64,000 nucleotides of DNA from Octopus vulgaris. Its lineage: Eukaryota. The stretch is from NCBI GenBank assembly GCA_951406725.2, contig OX597830.1, positions 58,590,001 to 58,654,000 of the forward strand, read 5' to 3'. The notes beneath the pieces were generated by a model that was not told the origin of the DNA, did not search any database, and was given only the letters and a program-made list of their open reading frames with translations. Of the stretch, positions 14,286-28,404 are shown in pieces (positions within the stretch are counted from its first letter, which is position 1; each line of letters begins with the position of its first letter). The translations under genes and the position numbers were made by a program.

Positions 14286-14645
14286 TGTAAATGTGAAGAC
14301 ATAATAGTGTTTGAATTTGTAAACGACCTTGCGAAGGAGAGGTGACGAGAATGGATCCTTTGGTACACCACACGGTCGATACAGTAAATGCGAAAAAGGA
14401 CAAATGAGTAGAAGTGTCAGAAGGAAAAAGAGGGACACAACCGGGTAGAATGTTTAAGTGAAGATTTTATTGATAGGTTAACATGTGTGTGTATGCAAGA
14501 CCAACCAACTACGCCAATACCAACCAATCAGAGTAGTGGACAGAACAGGGTCCAAAAGGGCGGCCGAAGTATAGCTGTTATCTACTACGTCCGTATTTGT
14601 GTATATATAACAAAGAGGGAGGGATTTTCTTAAGAATACGCTACA
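14286..14645 (-). mobile_element. Possible solo LTR
   Basis: TGTA...TACA ends; a TATA-like box followed by AATAAA on the - strand; no clear TSD. Confidence 0.35.
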
Positions 14646-14884
14646 AACTCATATAATTCTCCTTTCTTCACTATGCTGCTGGACAACTTTAAATCCATCT
14701 TAATCTTATTAAACGTCAATTTGCTTTCCCTCTTTCAATTCTTCATATCTATGACAAACACCCCGCCAAGGGTACCATGTTTAGTCTAATTCTTTTGTAT
14801 TTATAAGTATTAAAGACATTCCAAGGAACAGTAAACCCAAATCATTTAAATATGATTCTAGACTCCACAAGAGGCATTAATATA

Positions 14885-15120
14885 CACGGTGTTCAAAAAG
14901 TCTCTCTGCAGTGAATTTTTTTATTCTGATGTATTTCAAAACTTGTGTAGAAGAGTCAACTTATGTACTGAAAATGAAGGACGACACTTTCAACATCGCT
15001 TATAAAGTTTTTTTAAAAGTCTTGTAAAGTCTAATATATTCTCTTGTAGTCTTATGCCATCTTATAGATATTTATTTTGAAATAAACTACTTACTGTAGA
15101 GAGACTTTTTGAACACCCTG
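14885..15120. mobile_element. Tc1/mariner-type MITE
   Basis: TIRs cacggtgttcaaaaagtctctctgcagt / actgtagagagactttttgaacaccctg flanked by TA on both sides. Confidence 0.85.
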
Positions 15121-15782
15121 TAGTAATAATATTATGTTAAAATTTTGCCTGATCGCCATGTTATTGTTCAGTGCACGAAACCAAAAAGTAGAGCATAGTG
15201 TTAAGCCAGGAATCAGTTAAACAAAAACGACAGACTTCAACAGCTATGCATCTTTTTTTTCTTGAGAAAAGTCACTTTTGATATCTGATGACAAGAATTC
15301 GTTAGAAGACGTCCATTAACATTAAAAATAATATCACTGAATTTAATTGGGGAAATCGCATGCATTACATACGTAATGAATGTGACAAACATCATTACTT
15401 GTTTTCAACTCAACTGCCTCCGCTTTGTTCTTCTACGCCATGCATTAAAATATCAAAGGAGGAATCAAAAAAATAAAAATAGTGAAGAAAAAAGAAAGAG
15501 AAGAATCGACTGGGACAAGTTTCGACAAATACCATATTCCAAGCCAGACATAGCAAGGGAGAGGTTTTCTCTGACCAGAATGTCTTAAATGGGTTATAGA
15601 AGCCACATTTACATGTAATACATATTAATGAGATGATTCTATTTACTTAGACAGGGTCTCAGCTATTTGTTTTATTTGTTTCAAGCATTTAACGACAGGA
15701 GGCGATCTAGTATTTCCGACACTTGGTTCAACAAAAGTAATTTAAAACGAAGTCTTTTACAACACACACATACGCATGCGTG

Positions 15783-15820
<38 letters not shown>

Positions 15821-17849
15821 GAGGGGTGTGACAATGTGGCTAAAATAGTCCTCATCACAATCATTGATTTTTAGGTTCGATCCTACAACGTGGATGGAGC
15901 CTTCTCCTGTGGTCTCGGATTGGCCAATACCTTACCAGTGGAATTTGATAGACAGAAACTAAGCAGTAATATATGTGCATGTGTGTGTGTGTATATATTT
16001 ACTGTTCCTTTAAAGTAGGATCAATGAAAAGAGTACTCCATCCAGTAGAGATAAGTATCATTTAAAGTTCACAGAATTAAAATAAGTTTCATGCTATGGA
16101 GGCATGTGGTTAGGAAGATTGCCCAGAATCTGAAGCTTATTTAGAGACGCAAGATACATTATAAAGATCTTCCTAACCATGTGTCTCTAGGGCAAGAAAC
16201 TATTGGTAGCTCTTATTTTAATACAATGCACATTAAATGATGTATGTTTGTGTATGTGTTTGTGAGTGCGTGTGTGAGTGTGTATGGATAGATCTTGTGT
16301 CTATGTTTTCCCTCTCGCCACCTGAGCGGGACACAACCGAAATTAGTTTGCTTACGTTCTGGTAGACATAGTAGTTCGGCAAAAGGCTCCGATAGATAAA
16401 AATAGTACTAGGGGTGATTCGTTCTACTAAACCTTGTTGAGGCAGTGCCCCAGCATGGCCGCCGTCCAATGACTGAAACATGTACAACAACAAAAAATAA
16501 TGTATGTATATATGTGTGTGTGTGCGTGCGTGTCCGTGTCTACGAGAGAGAGAGAGAGAGAGAGAAAGGGAGAGAGAGAGAGAGAAAGAGAGGGAGTTCC
16601 TGTCTGCTTACACCAGTTTTCAGTCCGTGTTGCTTATGTTGCATCCCTAAATGTCCCATGACTTCATTTTTGTGTTCATTCATCTGTGATTGACGAAGAC
16701 CATGACCAGTTCTAAATTCTTTTTTATCAACGTTTCCAAACTATCGCAGTCTTCTCTTGAGGATATGAAGTAGTGTTGGCTTCTATACTACCCCTTCTAT
16801 GCAGATTTTACCTCACCCTTACATTGGCCATACAGGCACAACATTCTCTCGCAAGTTCACCATGCATTTACTATAAGAAGCAATTGCAACGTGCTACACT
16901 ACATACCATAAAATAAAGCTAGATAGAAAACAGATAAAATAGCCATATTAAGTAGAATTCCTCACACAAGCATACAATTAATTACGGCCGCAATACTCAT
17001 ATAATAAAGCCTTGCCTTGTCTATCTGTCTCTTTCATTCTGGAATCAGTTTTGTTTAGAACGGCGATGGATGGGTTCCTTCAGGTATAAAAATGCCCCAA
17101 ACACGTTGCATGTCTCGATTGCGTCACTGCGATTTCATTTGGAGTTGGGGGCCCCTGGGACCACCCTCCAAACATATCTTTAAAGTGCACGAAAAGTATT
17201 TTGTTTCTTTGTTTCAACTCTGTTTTAGTGTTCGTCTGTCTTCTAAAAGCCAGCTGGATACACTCGTTAGTATTCTCCTATAGATTTATGACGACTCATT
17301 TCGCTCATTGAATTTCATTCTTTTTGCGTGTAAGGGAAAGAAAGGTGTGAAGTGAAAAATCCTTCGTCTTTCTTTTTTTTTCTTTTTTCGAATGTCTCAA
17401 AACATTACGCTAAACCAATTCTTTAGAATTTATGTAATATTTCAAATCCCGTTTGTATCAGGAAACATTCCGTTTCTGCTTCTTTCTACGATGGAGGTGA
17501 AAGTGGAAAAAAAGTTGAATGGGGTTGAAAATTTATTCAGGCAACTATTTAATTAAATTATTTTTGAATTGCTTATCAAGGTTTGGAAACTCTTTTCGGA
17601 GCATGTATTAGGCTTCTAAAATGGTAAAGTGATAATTTTTTAAAAAGTAAACTTTAGTTTTTATCAAAAATGCTCTTAATTTTTTTTTTAAATTAAAAAA
17701 TAAGATGATTCTCACGATTGGAATGAAATGGTATCTTCTATAACTGGCGTTATATCAAAACTGAAAATGCAAATACTAGACTTTTTTTCAAATTTCAGAT
17801 ATTTTTATAGAACTTTACTGATGTCAATTTATTTTTGGAATTACAATAA

Positions 17850-19640
17850 ATAAATAATTATTTATTTATTGAAATTACATCACATACAAGACATCTTAGA
17901 CATGTCAACTGGAGCAAAGAAAAATGTTTCACTAATATCTCAGCGAATACTTCCAATGTTATTGAAAGCCCTCTCCATCTTCCCTACAAAACCTATCAAT
18001 TCTTTCGAACGATGCTTTAGAGCTTTCGAGTCTTCTGTATCATTTACAAAGGAAGATAAAGCAAATAAAACTATTTACCTTTTCAAAATAATCTATTTGC
18101 CATTGATCATCAACAGAACTTGCGCATATTGAAAACGAAACAAATTATATCGAACTCTATAACGACAATGTTGCAACGTATGAGGTTGTAAGCATTGTTG
18201 CATACATAGCCATTGCTATAAAATTACTGAGAAGGTGGCAAAGCCTATATTAGAGATTGCTGTTTCAAATGGAATGATGTATGAAGATCCTTCAGGTATC
18301 TTAAAAAGATTACCGTTAAATAGCGATCCAATCGGAAGACAGATTGATAACATGTCTCTGAAAAAATTGAAGAAAACTGAAAGATTGGAAAGAAAAAAAG
18401 TTTCCCTATTCAGGTTAATGAATCCAGAATTATTGATTAGGATTTATGGTGTACGTCTTTCGTTTTAACAATGACAGTAAACTGAACAAATATTAATGAT
18501 TTGCCGAAAAATTTAAAGGTGACATTACTGGGGAATCGATTTTATTGCTTTTGATCTTTGTTTGATGAAAATATTCCATTAGAAAATTTGATATCGATTG
18601 CAACTGCAAAAGTCAGAAGACAAAAGGGCGCTCGGACATTTGAGAAAAAAAAGAAAGAAAAAACGTCCTGGAATCATTGTAATACATAGTATTATTCAGA
18701 GGCAAAGATTTTGTAGCAAAAAAGTTCAGTTTTACATATTAAAACTATTTCCAAAATAAAATATCATAGCCAATATGACCTGTTATCTGAGGAATTTTGT
18801 TCTGATCAAATGAATATTGTGATAAGATTTATTTTATATACGGAAAACAAATAGCTCTGCCAAAAAAAAAAATGCTTAAGCAATGTTTATAATGCTTTTT
18901 TATACCGCAGTTAACAAACTTTCTAGAACGATATGACCAAAGAAATAAGAAAACGTGACCTGAATGTAGTATCACTTCAACTTAAGGAAAATTCATTACA
19001 TTGATTGATTTTCAAACAATATTTAAAGATTTTATTGAAAAAGAGGAAGATTTTCAAGTAAATTTACTCAAAAGTTATTTCACATCAAGCTTAAGTTCGT
19101 AAAAGTAAGTTCTTCCCTGAACGGATTTGATCCTGAAACATATTCTGGGCACTTATCGATAAAAACCGATACGAATAGAAAATTCTGATTTATTTTCCTT
19201 TGAAGCAAAACCATGGTTGATAGACTCATTTAACAGTGATACTGGTGTTGCTGAAGAAGAAATTCAAGAGAAATTAATTGAATAACGATGCAATGAACAT
19301 TCAAGATTCATTAGTGATAAAATAGGAAAAGACTGAATGTTGATAATTTAAATACTGTAAAACATTATATCCATGGTTATGAGCCGAAATGGTTGAAATA
19401 AGATTCCATCTTTCATTACAGATGGTCTGAAACAAGGTTTAGTTCTGTGGGGAAATTACTAACTAAACAAATAGACTGAATTTATGCAAAAGGGCGCGAT
19501 AATAAATAATGTCAGCAATATTGTATCGAATAAACTAATAAAATAGTAAATTTAAAACACTTTTATTTCGCTTTATGGGTGGACGGATAATGGTGGCTTG
19601 AAATTGAGTGAGCAAAAAGAAAAAAAAGGGTTGAGATAAT
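17850..19640 (+). mobile_element. Degenerate hAT (Buster/Charlie, ZBED5-like) transposase remnant
   Basis: Frameshifted peptides resembling hAT-Buster motifs: LPLNSDPIGRQIDNMS, a F.lqvDES-like stretch, VIHSIIQRQ (HC.iHR), IQEKLIE. Confidence 0.65.
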
Positions 19641-20319
19641 CAGTGCATTGTACAAACTTCATCTAAATCAGAGAGAGAGGGAGGGGAGAGGAAGAGAGGG
19701 GAGAGAGAGAGGGAGGGGAGAGGGAGAGAGGGGAGAGAGAGAGAGAGAGTAATAATGTTGGGTTTATACAATTCCTATTTCTTTTTCTGCTGAGGTTAAA
19801 GCAATCCATTGATATTTAAATTCAGGTGATTTGGAAGGAAATTATTCTGTTTTTAGTTTTGTGTCTTCCCAACAGACATTTTATACGTTTCCTAAAGGCG
19901 AGATAAATAATACTCACGCATACGATACTCTCGATCAATTTAGGATGGAACATCTCTATAGACATGTATTTTGAATCTCTTCCCATTGTAACATTTTTAT
20001 CTCTGATAAAAGTGGTTCGCGTAAGAAGAAGCATGTGAAGTTATAGAAGAATATTTTAAATGACTAAATGTTTATACTACTAATATTTCATAATAGTTCT
20101 AAATCTGTCCGTAAACAGCCTAAATGTTTGGGCGTCACGAGTAAAACGCAACAGTTATTAAAGCTATTGTATTATAATTATAATCTTCCTTATAACTGCA
20201 GTCTTCCTTTTAAATCGGAGAGAGAGAGAGAGTGAGAGAGAGAGAGACAGAGTGAGAGAGAGAGAGTGAGACAGAGAGTGAGAGAGAGAGTGAGAAAGAG
20301 AGAGTGAGAAAGAGAGAGT

Positions 20320-20386
<67 letters not shown>

Positions 20387-20389
20387 GAC

Positions 20390-21520
20390 ATCCGATCAGC
20401 GAAAATATCCTTCAATAGGAACATAAAAATTTGTCTAAAAACAGAATCAGCGAAGATACTACCTGCATCACCACCTACAATCGATCGCAATGACAAAGTT
20501 CTAATAGAACAATATGAAAACTTCATCCATAATTGACCAAGTATCAGTGTGGAAGATTGAGCTACCGAGAAAATTAAACACAAGTTGAAACTGTTCCATT
20601 TCTTTATCAAAAACATAGATATGCTTTTTTTTTTTAGCTCATTTGTCTACTGATTCTTAAAAATAGCTTTATCTCCAATGATGTCAGAGAAATTGGGAAG
20701 ATTCTGCAGAAATATTACTGCTCCGTTTTCAGTAACTCTCCCGAAATTGTGTTAGGTAGCATCAGTAAAGGCAAGTCCAACATATCACTGACTTAACTTT
20801 CGAGACGCCGAAATGCGATGCAACCGTAAATAAAATTGAACACTACTCTGCCGTAGACACCGATAAATTTCCTGCTAGAATCTTGAAGAAGTACTGACAC
20901 AAACTTATGTATCTTTTAGGTGATCCAGAAAATCACTAAATACAGGCTATATTTGAATATTTGAGGCGGCGAGCTGGCAGAATCGTTAGCACGCCGGGCG
21001 AAATGCTTAACGGTATTTCGTCTGTCTTTATGTTCTGAGTTCAAATTCCGCCAAGGTATATTTTGCCTTTCATCCTTTCGGGTTCGATAAATTAAGTACC
21101 AGTTGCGTACTAGAGTCAATCTAATCGACTGGCTCCTCCCCACAAATTTCGGGCCTTGTGCCTAGAGTAGAAAAGATTATTTGAATATTTGCTATTCAAG
21201 CTCGTCATCTTAGTTTCCGAGAAAGGAAATCCTTTGCAATAATCTACGTCACATCTCAGTGAAACATTTCAGAAACCTCGAGTATACCAAGCTTGGTGGA
21301 GAGCAACAATTTCCTAAATCGCGAGTTGCATGGCTTTCTATGTGGCAGAGACCGCATAACACAGCCTCGACAGCACACTGACGATACTCCGAGTATTTTG
21401 GGAGACGGCTCAGACGTATGTCGGATATCTTGACTTCGGCAATGTCTCTGAAAGAGTTTATCGCAGCAGTCTCCTGAAAAAACTATCCAAGACTGGGGTC
21501 TGTGGAAAATTTCTGCACGT
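20390..21520 (+). mobile_element. CR1/Jockey-like LINE RT fragment, interrupted by a SINE
   Basis: VGYLDFGNVSERVYRSSLLKKLSKTGVCGKFL, a degenerate form of YLDF.KAFD.V.H..LL.KL. Confidence 0.5.
20964..21177 (+). mobile_element. SINE family A with TSD
   Basis: Full copy; TSD tatttgaatatttg at 20950-20963 / 21178-21191. Confidence 0.9.
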
Positions 21521-21781
21521 AGAGTATTGTTGCTTTCTTTAGTCTCCTCATCCCAAACAAAATATTATGAGAAATGAGGAATCACAGAGGATAGTTATAT
21601 GAAAGAGTTAAATGAATGTCATGACAGACTTTAATAACTGGATATGGCAGAAAAACCTCAGAATCTGTTCTTTCCAACACCGCCGTAAACACTAAATAAT
21701 TTATATTATGCGCAAAAGATACCTCAGCGTTGCTTAAACGAAGTTAGCATTAAGTTTAAAAAATCATATATATATATATAA

Positions 21782-21998
21782 GTGAAGGCGCATGGCTCAG
21801 TGGTTAGAGCGTCGAGGTTACGATCGTGAGGTTGTGAGTTCGAATCCCGGACCGGGCTGCGTGTTGTGTTCTTGAGCAAGACACTAGTGATGTGGAGAGG
21901 GGAGGCCGGTATGTATGGGTGACTGCTGGTCTTCCATAAACAACCTTGCCCGGACTTGTGCCTGGGAGGTGCAATCCCACGGTCAGTCATCACCGAAG
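21782..21998 (+). mobile_element. tRNA-derived SINE family C (internally deleted)
   Basis: Head ggcgcatggctcagtggttagagcg..gagttcgaatccc; body gtgttcttgagcaagacact. Confidence 0.8.
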
Positions 21999-22020
21999 GT
22001 TGTCTGTCTGTTTGTCTGTC

Positions 22021-22091
<71 letters not shown>

Positions 22092-22096
<5 letters not shown>

Positions 22097-22694
22097 TGAG
22101 AAAGTTGGTATGTGAAAGTACGTAGTTAGATGTATAAAAGACAAAGTATAGTGAAAAAACTGTGTTTTATGGCTAAAGAATATATTGAAATCGTTATGCT
22201 ACCACAATTTGTAATCTTTTCATTTTACCAATGTGACATTGGAACACCAACACAAGTTGGATTAAATAAGGAAACCCACTTCATTGAAAAATATAAGCCA
22301 AAACTTAACCATTTCTAGCAATTTTAAATAAGGACACTTACCTCATTGAGAAAAAAATATAAAGCAAAACTTAACCATTTCTAACATTCTATTCTTTCTA
22401 AACCAAATCATAAGGTTTAATTAATAAAACCTAGTCATTCCCAACATTTTTTATTATCTCCCTTATACCGAAAAAATCCCTGATTACCTTCCCCTGTCTG
22501 GAACTCTTATACTTCACTTCATAGCGAAGAGATGGTACAATATCGGTAAAGAAATTTGAGAAATTTGAAAAGAAAATACGAAACTGGTTATTTCTCCAAA
22601 AACAAAATTTTATAACATTTTCCTAAAATAACGATTTAAATATATTCTTTAACCATATAACACAAATCTTCTGTAGTTTTTCACTCTACTTTGT

Positions 22695-22697
<3 letters not shown>
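22092..22697 (+). mobile_element. Penelope-like element 3' remnant (GIY-YIG C-terminus plus pLTR with hammerhead motif)
   Basis: LNKETHFIEKYKPKLN peptide (locally tandem-duplicated) followed by a hammerhead-like motif at 22558-22596; flanked by (TA)n. Confidence 0.7.
22558..22596 (+). ncRNA. Hammerhead-like motif, U3-A8 core variant (degenerate)
   Basis: GAGAAAU-UUGAAAA-G aaaaua C-GAAA-CUGG-UU^AUUUCUC; 7-bp stem I. Confidence 0.6.
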
Positions 22698-22767
<70 letters not shown>

Positions 22768-22770
22768 GTA

Positions 22771-23192
22771 TCTCCCCAGGGACATACTCTGTGGAGAGCT
22801 TGCTAGGGGCACTAGGTCTGTGGGAAGACCCTTCTTACGATACAAGGATGTTTGCAAAAGGGACATGAAGGCCTGCGATATCAATATTAGGAACTGGGAA
22901 GCAGTTGCCAGCAACCGTGGATTTGGTGACGTACCGTAAAAGAGGGAACACAAAGGAGTGACAGAGGGAGAAGGGAGAAATGGAAAGACAAGAAAAGATG
23001 TCAACAAGAAACTATGACATTACAACCAGCCAGGCAAAGCTTCGCTACATTTGCGACACCTGCCAGAGGGAGTGTTTGTTCAGGATAGGACTACACAGCC
23101 ACAGAAGATGTATTAGGACATGAAATGTAAAAGCTGGACTAGATTATTTTATGCGCAACTCCATTGTCTCCCGAGACAAAAAGGATGCCAAA

Positions 23193-23195
<3 letters not shown>
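22771..23195 (+). mobile_element. RTE-BovB-like LINE 3' end
   Basis: LPRDILCGELARGTRSVGRPFLRYKDVCKRDMK..WEAVASNR, then a C2H2-like CDTC..C.FRIGLHSH. Confidence 0.8.
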
Positions 23196-23226
<31 letters not shown>

Positions 23227-23230
<4 letters not shown>

Positions 23231-23680
23231 AATAGTAAAAAGTGAAAAAACTACAGAAGGCTTAAAGGTTAAAAAATATATATATTTGTGTCAATATGTC
23301 TGAAGAATATTAAAAAAATTTTTTTCCCCTTACAATGACATAGTTTAGAAGAAAGACCGGTTTCGCGTTTAGCTTTTCAAATTTCTTACGACGTTATGTT
23401 TATGTTGAATAGAGTTATCGTTATGTTTATGTTTAAAAGGGTTCTAAATAAGGGGAGGTAATGAGTGATTTCTTCCGGTGTAAGGGAGATAATCGCTTAA
23501 AATTTTTTTATTTCCCCTTGGTGTGAATTTCTCTGTATCAGTATGTTGGCATGGTTAAGTCTGGGCTTGTACTTTTCAATGAAGAATGTTTCCTTGTTTA
23601 GTCTAATTACAAATTAGACTAAACAAGGAAACATTCTTCATTGAAATATATTCAACCACGTGCTTTCACAAACCAACTTT

Positions 23681-23682
<2 letters not shown>
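23227..23682 (-). mobile_element. Penelope-like element 3' remnant with inverted 5' junction
   Basis: Minus strand encodes IRLNKETFFIEKYKPRLNH; hammerhead motif at 23349-23387; perfect 35-bp hairpin at 23574-23646; (TA)n on both sides. Confidence 0.75.
23349..23387 (-). ncRNA. Hammerhead-like motif, U3-A8 core variant
   Basis: AAGAAA(U)-UUGAAAA-GC uaaac GC-GAAA-CCGG-UC^UUUCUU. Confidence 0.65.
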
Positions 23683-23737
<55 letters not shown>

Positions 23738-23739
<2 letters not shown>

Positions 23740-23930
23740 TGGGCCGCTGAACTCTACACGTTTTTTCCATTCTCTCTCTGTTTATTTTCTCTTATTCCTT
23801 TCTGTTGAAGAGCGTAGGCTCGAAACGTAAAATAATTTTTCCTTTTTCCCGAGCGTCAAACTAATACACTTGTTTGTTGTTGATACACCTGTCTTCGTTT
23901 TTTGCTTTTCTATAAATTTCAACTTTATAT
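23738..23930 (+). mobile_element. Short TA-associated element with a minimal hammerhead-like motif (copy 2)
   Basis: Between (TA)n tracts; CUUU-CUGuUGA-A-GAGCguagGCUC-GAAA-cg-UA^AAAu at 23798-23833. Confidence 0.7.
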
Positions 23931-23939
23931 ATATATATG

Positions 23940-25187
23940 TTGGGTCAGCCCATAAACAATGCGGTTTTTTCATTTGTATCAACTAAAAGTGAGAGAGGGG
24001 GACGGGATAAACTACTTGCATTAACTTGCTATAAAAGCAAGTAATAATTTTACCCTGTCCTTATTCAAAGTACAAGTTTTGAAGAGTACAGTCCGAATTT
24101 AACAGTTGTTTTTTCAAAGCTATAATGGAAGTGACAAAGGAGCATATTTGGTATATTTTGCTTTATCAGTTCAATAAAGGCAACAACGCAACGGAAAGTG
24201 CGAGGAATATTAATGCAGTATATGGGGATCGAACAATAAACGTAAGCCAGTGTCAATGGTGGTTCCAGAAATTCCGAGCCGAAAACTACAGCCTAGAAGA
24301 CGAGCCTCGATGAAGACATCCTAAAAACCCCGGTGTAAAAAATCCCATCGTAACTGTTGAGGAACTAGCAGAGAAGCTTGGATTTGGACATTAAACCATT
24401 CATCAACACCTGCGTGCCATCGGAAAAGTCAGTAAATTGGGTCAATGAGTTCTTCACGAACTTTCCGAGCCTAATCGCGCGCAGAGAGTGAATGTGTGCT
24501 CTTCTTTGCTGTCACGTATCACGAATAAATCTATTTTGGACTGAATAGTGACCGGTGAGGAGAAATGGGTTCTCTATAAAAATGTCAAGCGCCGAAGACA
24601 GTTGGTAGGGAAAGGAGAAACACCGGCTCCCCAGGCTAAAGTAGATCTTCACCCTCGTAAGGTGCTGTCATCTCCTTGGTGGGATATGAAAGGTTTAGTC
24701 CACTTTGAATCCAAACCAAACGATGATAAAGGAAATCTACTGTGAGCAGCTTGAGCGGCTTAAGTCAGCTCTAGAAGAAAAACGACCATCTTTGATTTCA
24801 AGACGAAAGGTGTTCTTCCATCAGGATAATGCCCGGCCACATACAGCGAGGATGAAATTCTCGAGCAGTCTGAATGGGAAACGATGCCCCACCCAGCATA
24901 TTCGCCTGACATTTCCCCATCTGATTATCATTTATTCTGCAGTCTTCAAAATCATTTGGACGGAAAAATTATGAATTCTGTAGATGAGGTCATTTGGTAC
25001 AGGAGGAGCATTTTTCATCACGGACAAGTGAATTTTGGAAGAGGGGCCTTGCAAGTCTACCAGATAGATGGAAGAGCATTGTAGAAAATGAAGGAGAGTA
25101 AATTCTAGATTAAAAAAAGAACTTTGTTTATCTTAATTTTGAAAAATAAAAGTATAAAAAAACCGCATTACTTATGGGATGACCCAA
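23940..25187 (+). mobile_element. Mariner (DD34D-type) DNA transposon, full length but pseudogenised
   Basis: About 30-bp TIRs (ttgggtca.cccataa..aatgcggtttttt / aaaaaaaccgcattacttatgggatgacccaa) in TA context; frameshifted transposase with HTH (QWWFQKFR..NYSLEDEPR), TGEEKW, HQDNARPH and HPAYSPDISPSDY. Confidence 0.95.
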
Positions 25188-25203
25188 TATACATAATACA
25201 TAC

Positions 25204-25419
<216 letters not shown>

Positions 25420-25481
25420 ATAAAAAAAAAATAACAATGATAAATCTCAGAGCATGTTATAAACAGTAGCGGTAACACATC

Positions 25482-26554
<1,073 letters not shown>

Positions 26555-27117
26555 TCTATGTATCACACTTAATGTAGGCACAGTGTCGATGGGTCGGTTA
26601 CTTCAATATTTGTCCTAAGATAATATCTCTCATGAGCTTGCTGTTTTAAAGATAATAAATATCCGAGAAAGATAAAATTTCCGACCAGCGGCCAGCGAGA
26701 GCGCCGGATGCATTTCGTTCTTTTCAGGTCTTTTCAATGCCGCATTCTCACAGCCAGCTCCATCCATGCTCGAGCATGAATTCGTCTTTTTCCATAAAGG
26801 AAAAAGCGAATAAACCATTCATGATGTTGCGAATAGCCGCCCGACTGAATAAAAATCTGGTATGCGCAACTGAAGCAGTTTTTAATCAAAATAACCATGA
26901 ATCATATTTAATGTATGGTGCTCTCTTTTAGATATTTTCGTCTCTCTTTTTAGATATTTTTCAGCAAGTCTATGAGAGGTGTTATCTCAAGACAAATTCT
27001 GCAGTAACTGGCCTATCGAAAGTGTACTTACATTTGTTATGTAATCTGTATTTCAGGATTGTATTCACAAGCTTTCACGGCAAATTATAAATATATATAA
27101 GATATAAACATAGTATT

Positions 27118-27452
27118 GGAGACCTCCTTCGGTCATGAATGACCATGGGATTGCACCTAGAAAGTTACACTCCGAAGCACAAGTCTGGGCAAAGTTGTTT
27201 ATGGGAGGCCAGCAGTCGCCCATGCACACCAACCTCTCCTCTCCACGCCACCGATGTTATCCAAGGGAAAGGCAAAGGGGCCGATACAGCTTGGCACCAG
27301 TAACGTCGCAACTCATTTCTACAGCTGACTTAACTAGAACAACGTGAAATAAAGTGTCTTGCTCAAGAACACAACACGCAGCCCGGTCCGGGAATCGAAC
27401 TCACATCCTCACGATCGTAGGCTCGACGCTCTAACTACTGAGCCATGCGCCT
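27118..27452 (-). mobile_element. SINE family C
   Basis: Full reverse copy; relatives at 49685-50000 and 59100-59352 (-). Confidence 0.85.
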
Positions 27453-27742
27453 TAACAAACAAAGTATTAAGATGTCGTGTATATATGATATAGTAGTGAG
27501 TTTTAAGCTACTTCAAATCTATAAAAGCTATTCTGAGTATTTTTGTTGTAGTGGAATAAAATATGCATTCAATTGTTTTTATAAACATTTATTGTCAGTT
27601 GGGGAAATCAGACCGTCTTTGGGCATTTCTCATTTAGGAGATATATTTATTTCTGTTTGGAATGAGAATCAGATGAAGTTGATTTTACGCAAGCAAACCA
27701 ATAATATTTACGATTGTAAAAATAGAGGACTAGTAATTGTGG

Positions 27743-27748
27743 TTTATT
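27743..27748 (-). promoter_or_regulatory. Candidate polyadenylation signal (AATAAA) of the protease gene
   Basis: AATAAA on the - strand about 40 nt after the stop codon; other candidates lie further downstream. Confidence 0.45.
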
Positions 27749-27786
27749 ATAGTATTAAGATTATTATACGTGATAGGTCGATGATT

Positions 27787-28017
27787 TTAATTCCCAGAAA
27801 TTTGCTTTATATAATGTGGAAGAATTTCATATCGGTCTTCGTCTGCTAACTGGTCTGAATTTTCTTTGAAATCGTTGGATATAGTTTCGTTAATCCATTT
27901 TTCATAGGATGTTACTTTCGTGAAGATTGCCGGAAGGTGACTCAGAGTAAATGATGTGATCCCAGAAAGTACCCATTTTTGCTTAAAACGACAGATTAAG
28001 GGTCCACCACTATCGCC
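27787..28017 (-). CDS. S1 serine protease terminal exon with catalytic Ser
   Basis: ttcttgtag acceptor; GDSGGPLICRFKQKWVLSGITSFTLSHLPAIFTKVTSYEKWINETISNDFKENSDQLADEDRYEILPHYIKQISGN*. Confidence 0.96.
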   Translation of the reverse strand, partial: GDSGGPLICRFKQKWVLSGITSFTLSHLPAIFTKVTSYEKWINETISNDFKENSDQLADEDRYEILPHYIKQISGN

Positions 28018-28099
28018 CTACAAGAAGAAAGTAAAACAGTTATTGATATTATTATATGTAGGCAGTGTTGGTTCTAAAAAATTATTTTAGTAGTCGATA

Positions 28100-28173
28100 C
28101 GATAATAACAACAACAACAACAACAATAATAATAATGATAAAAATAATAGTAATAATAATAATGATAAAAATA

Positions 28174-28234
<61 letters not shown>

Positions 28235-28251
28235 TAAAAATAATAGTAATG

Positions 28252-28315
<64 letters not shown>

Positions 28316-28332
28316 TAAAAATAATAGTAATG

Positions 28333-28387
<55 letters not shown>

Positions 28388-28404
28388 TAAAAATAATAGT
28401 AATG

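Noticed and set aside
21782-21860. tRNA gene
   Set aside because: A/B boxes continue into a SINE body repeated many times; no proper acceptor stem. The same applies to the other SINE heads.
24125-25100. Active or domesticated mariner transposase
   Set aside because: Multiple stops and frameshifts, and the first catalytic Asp reads Glu.
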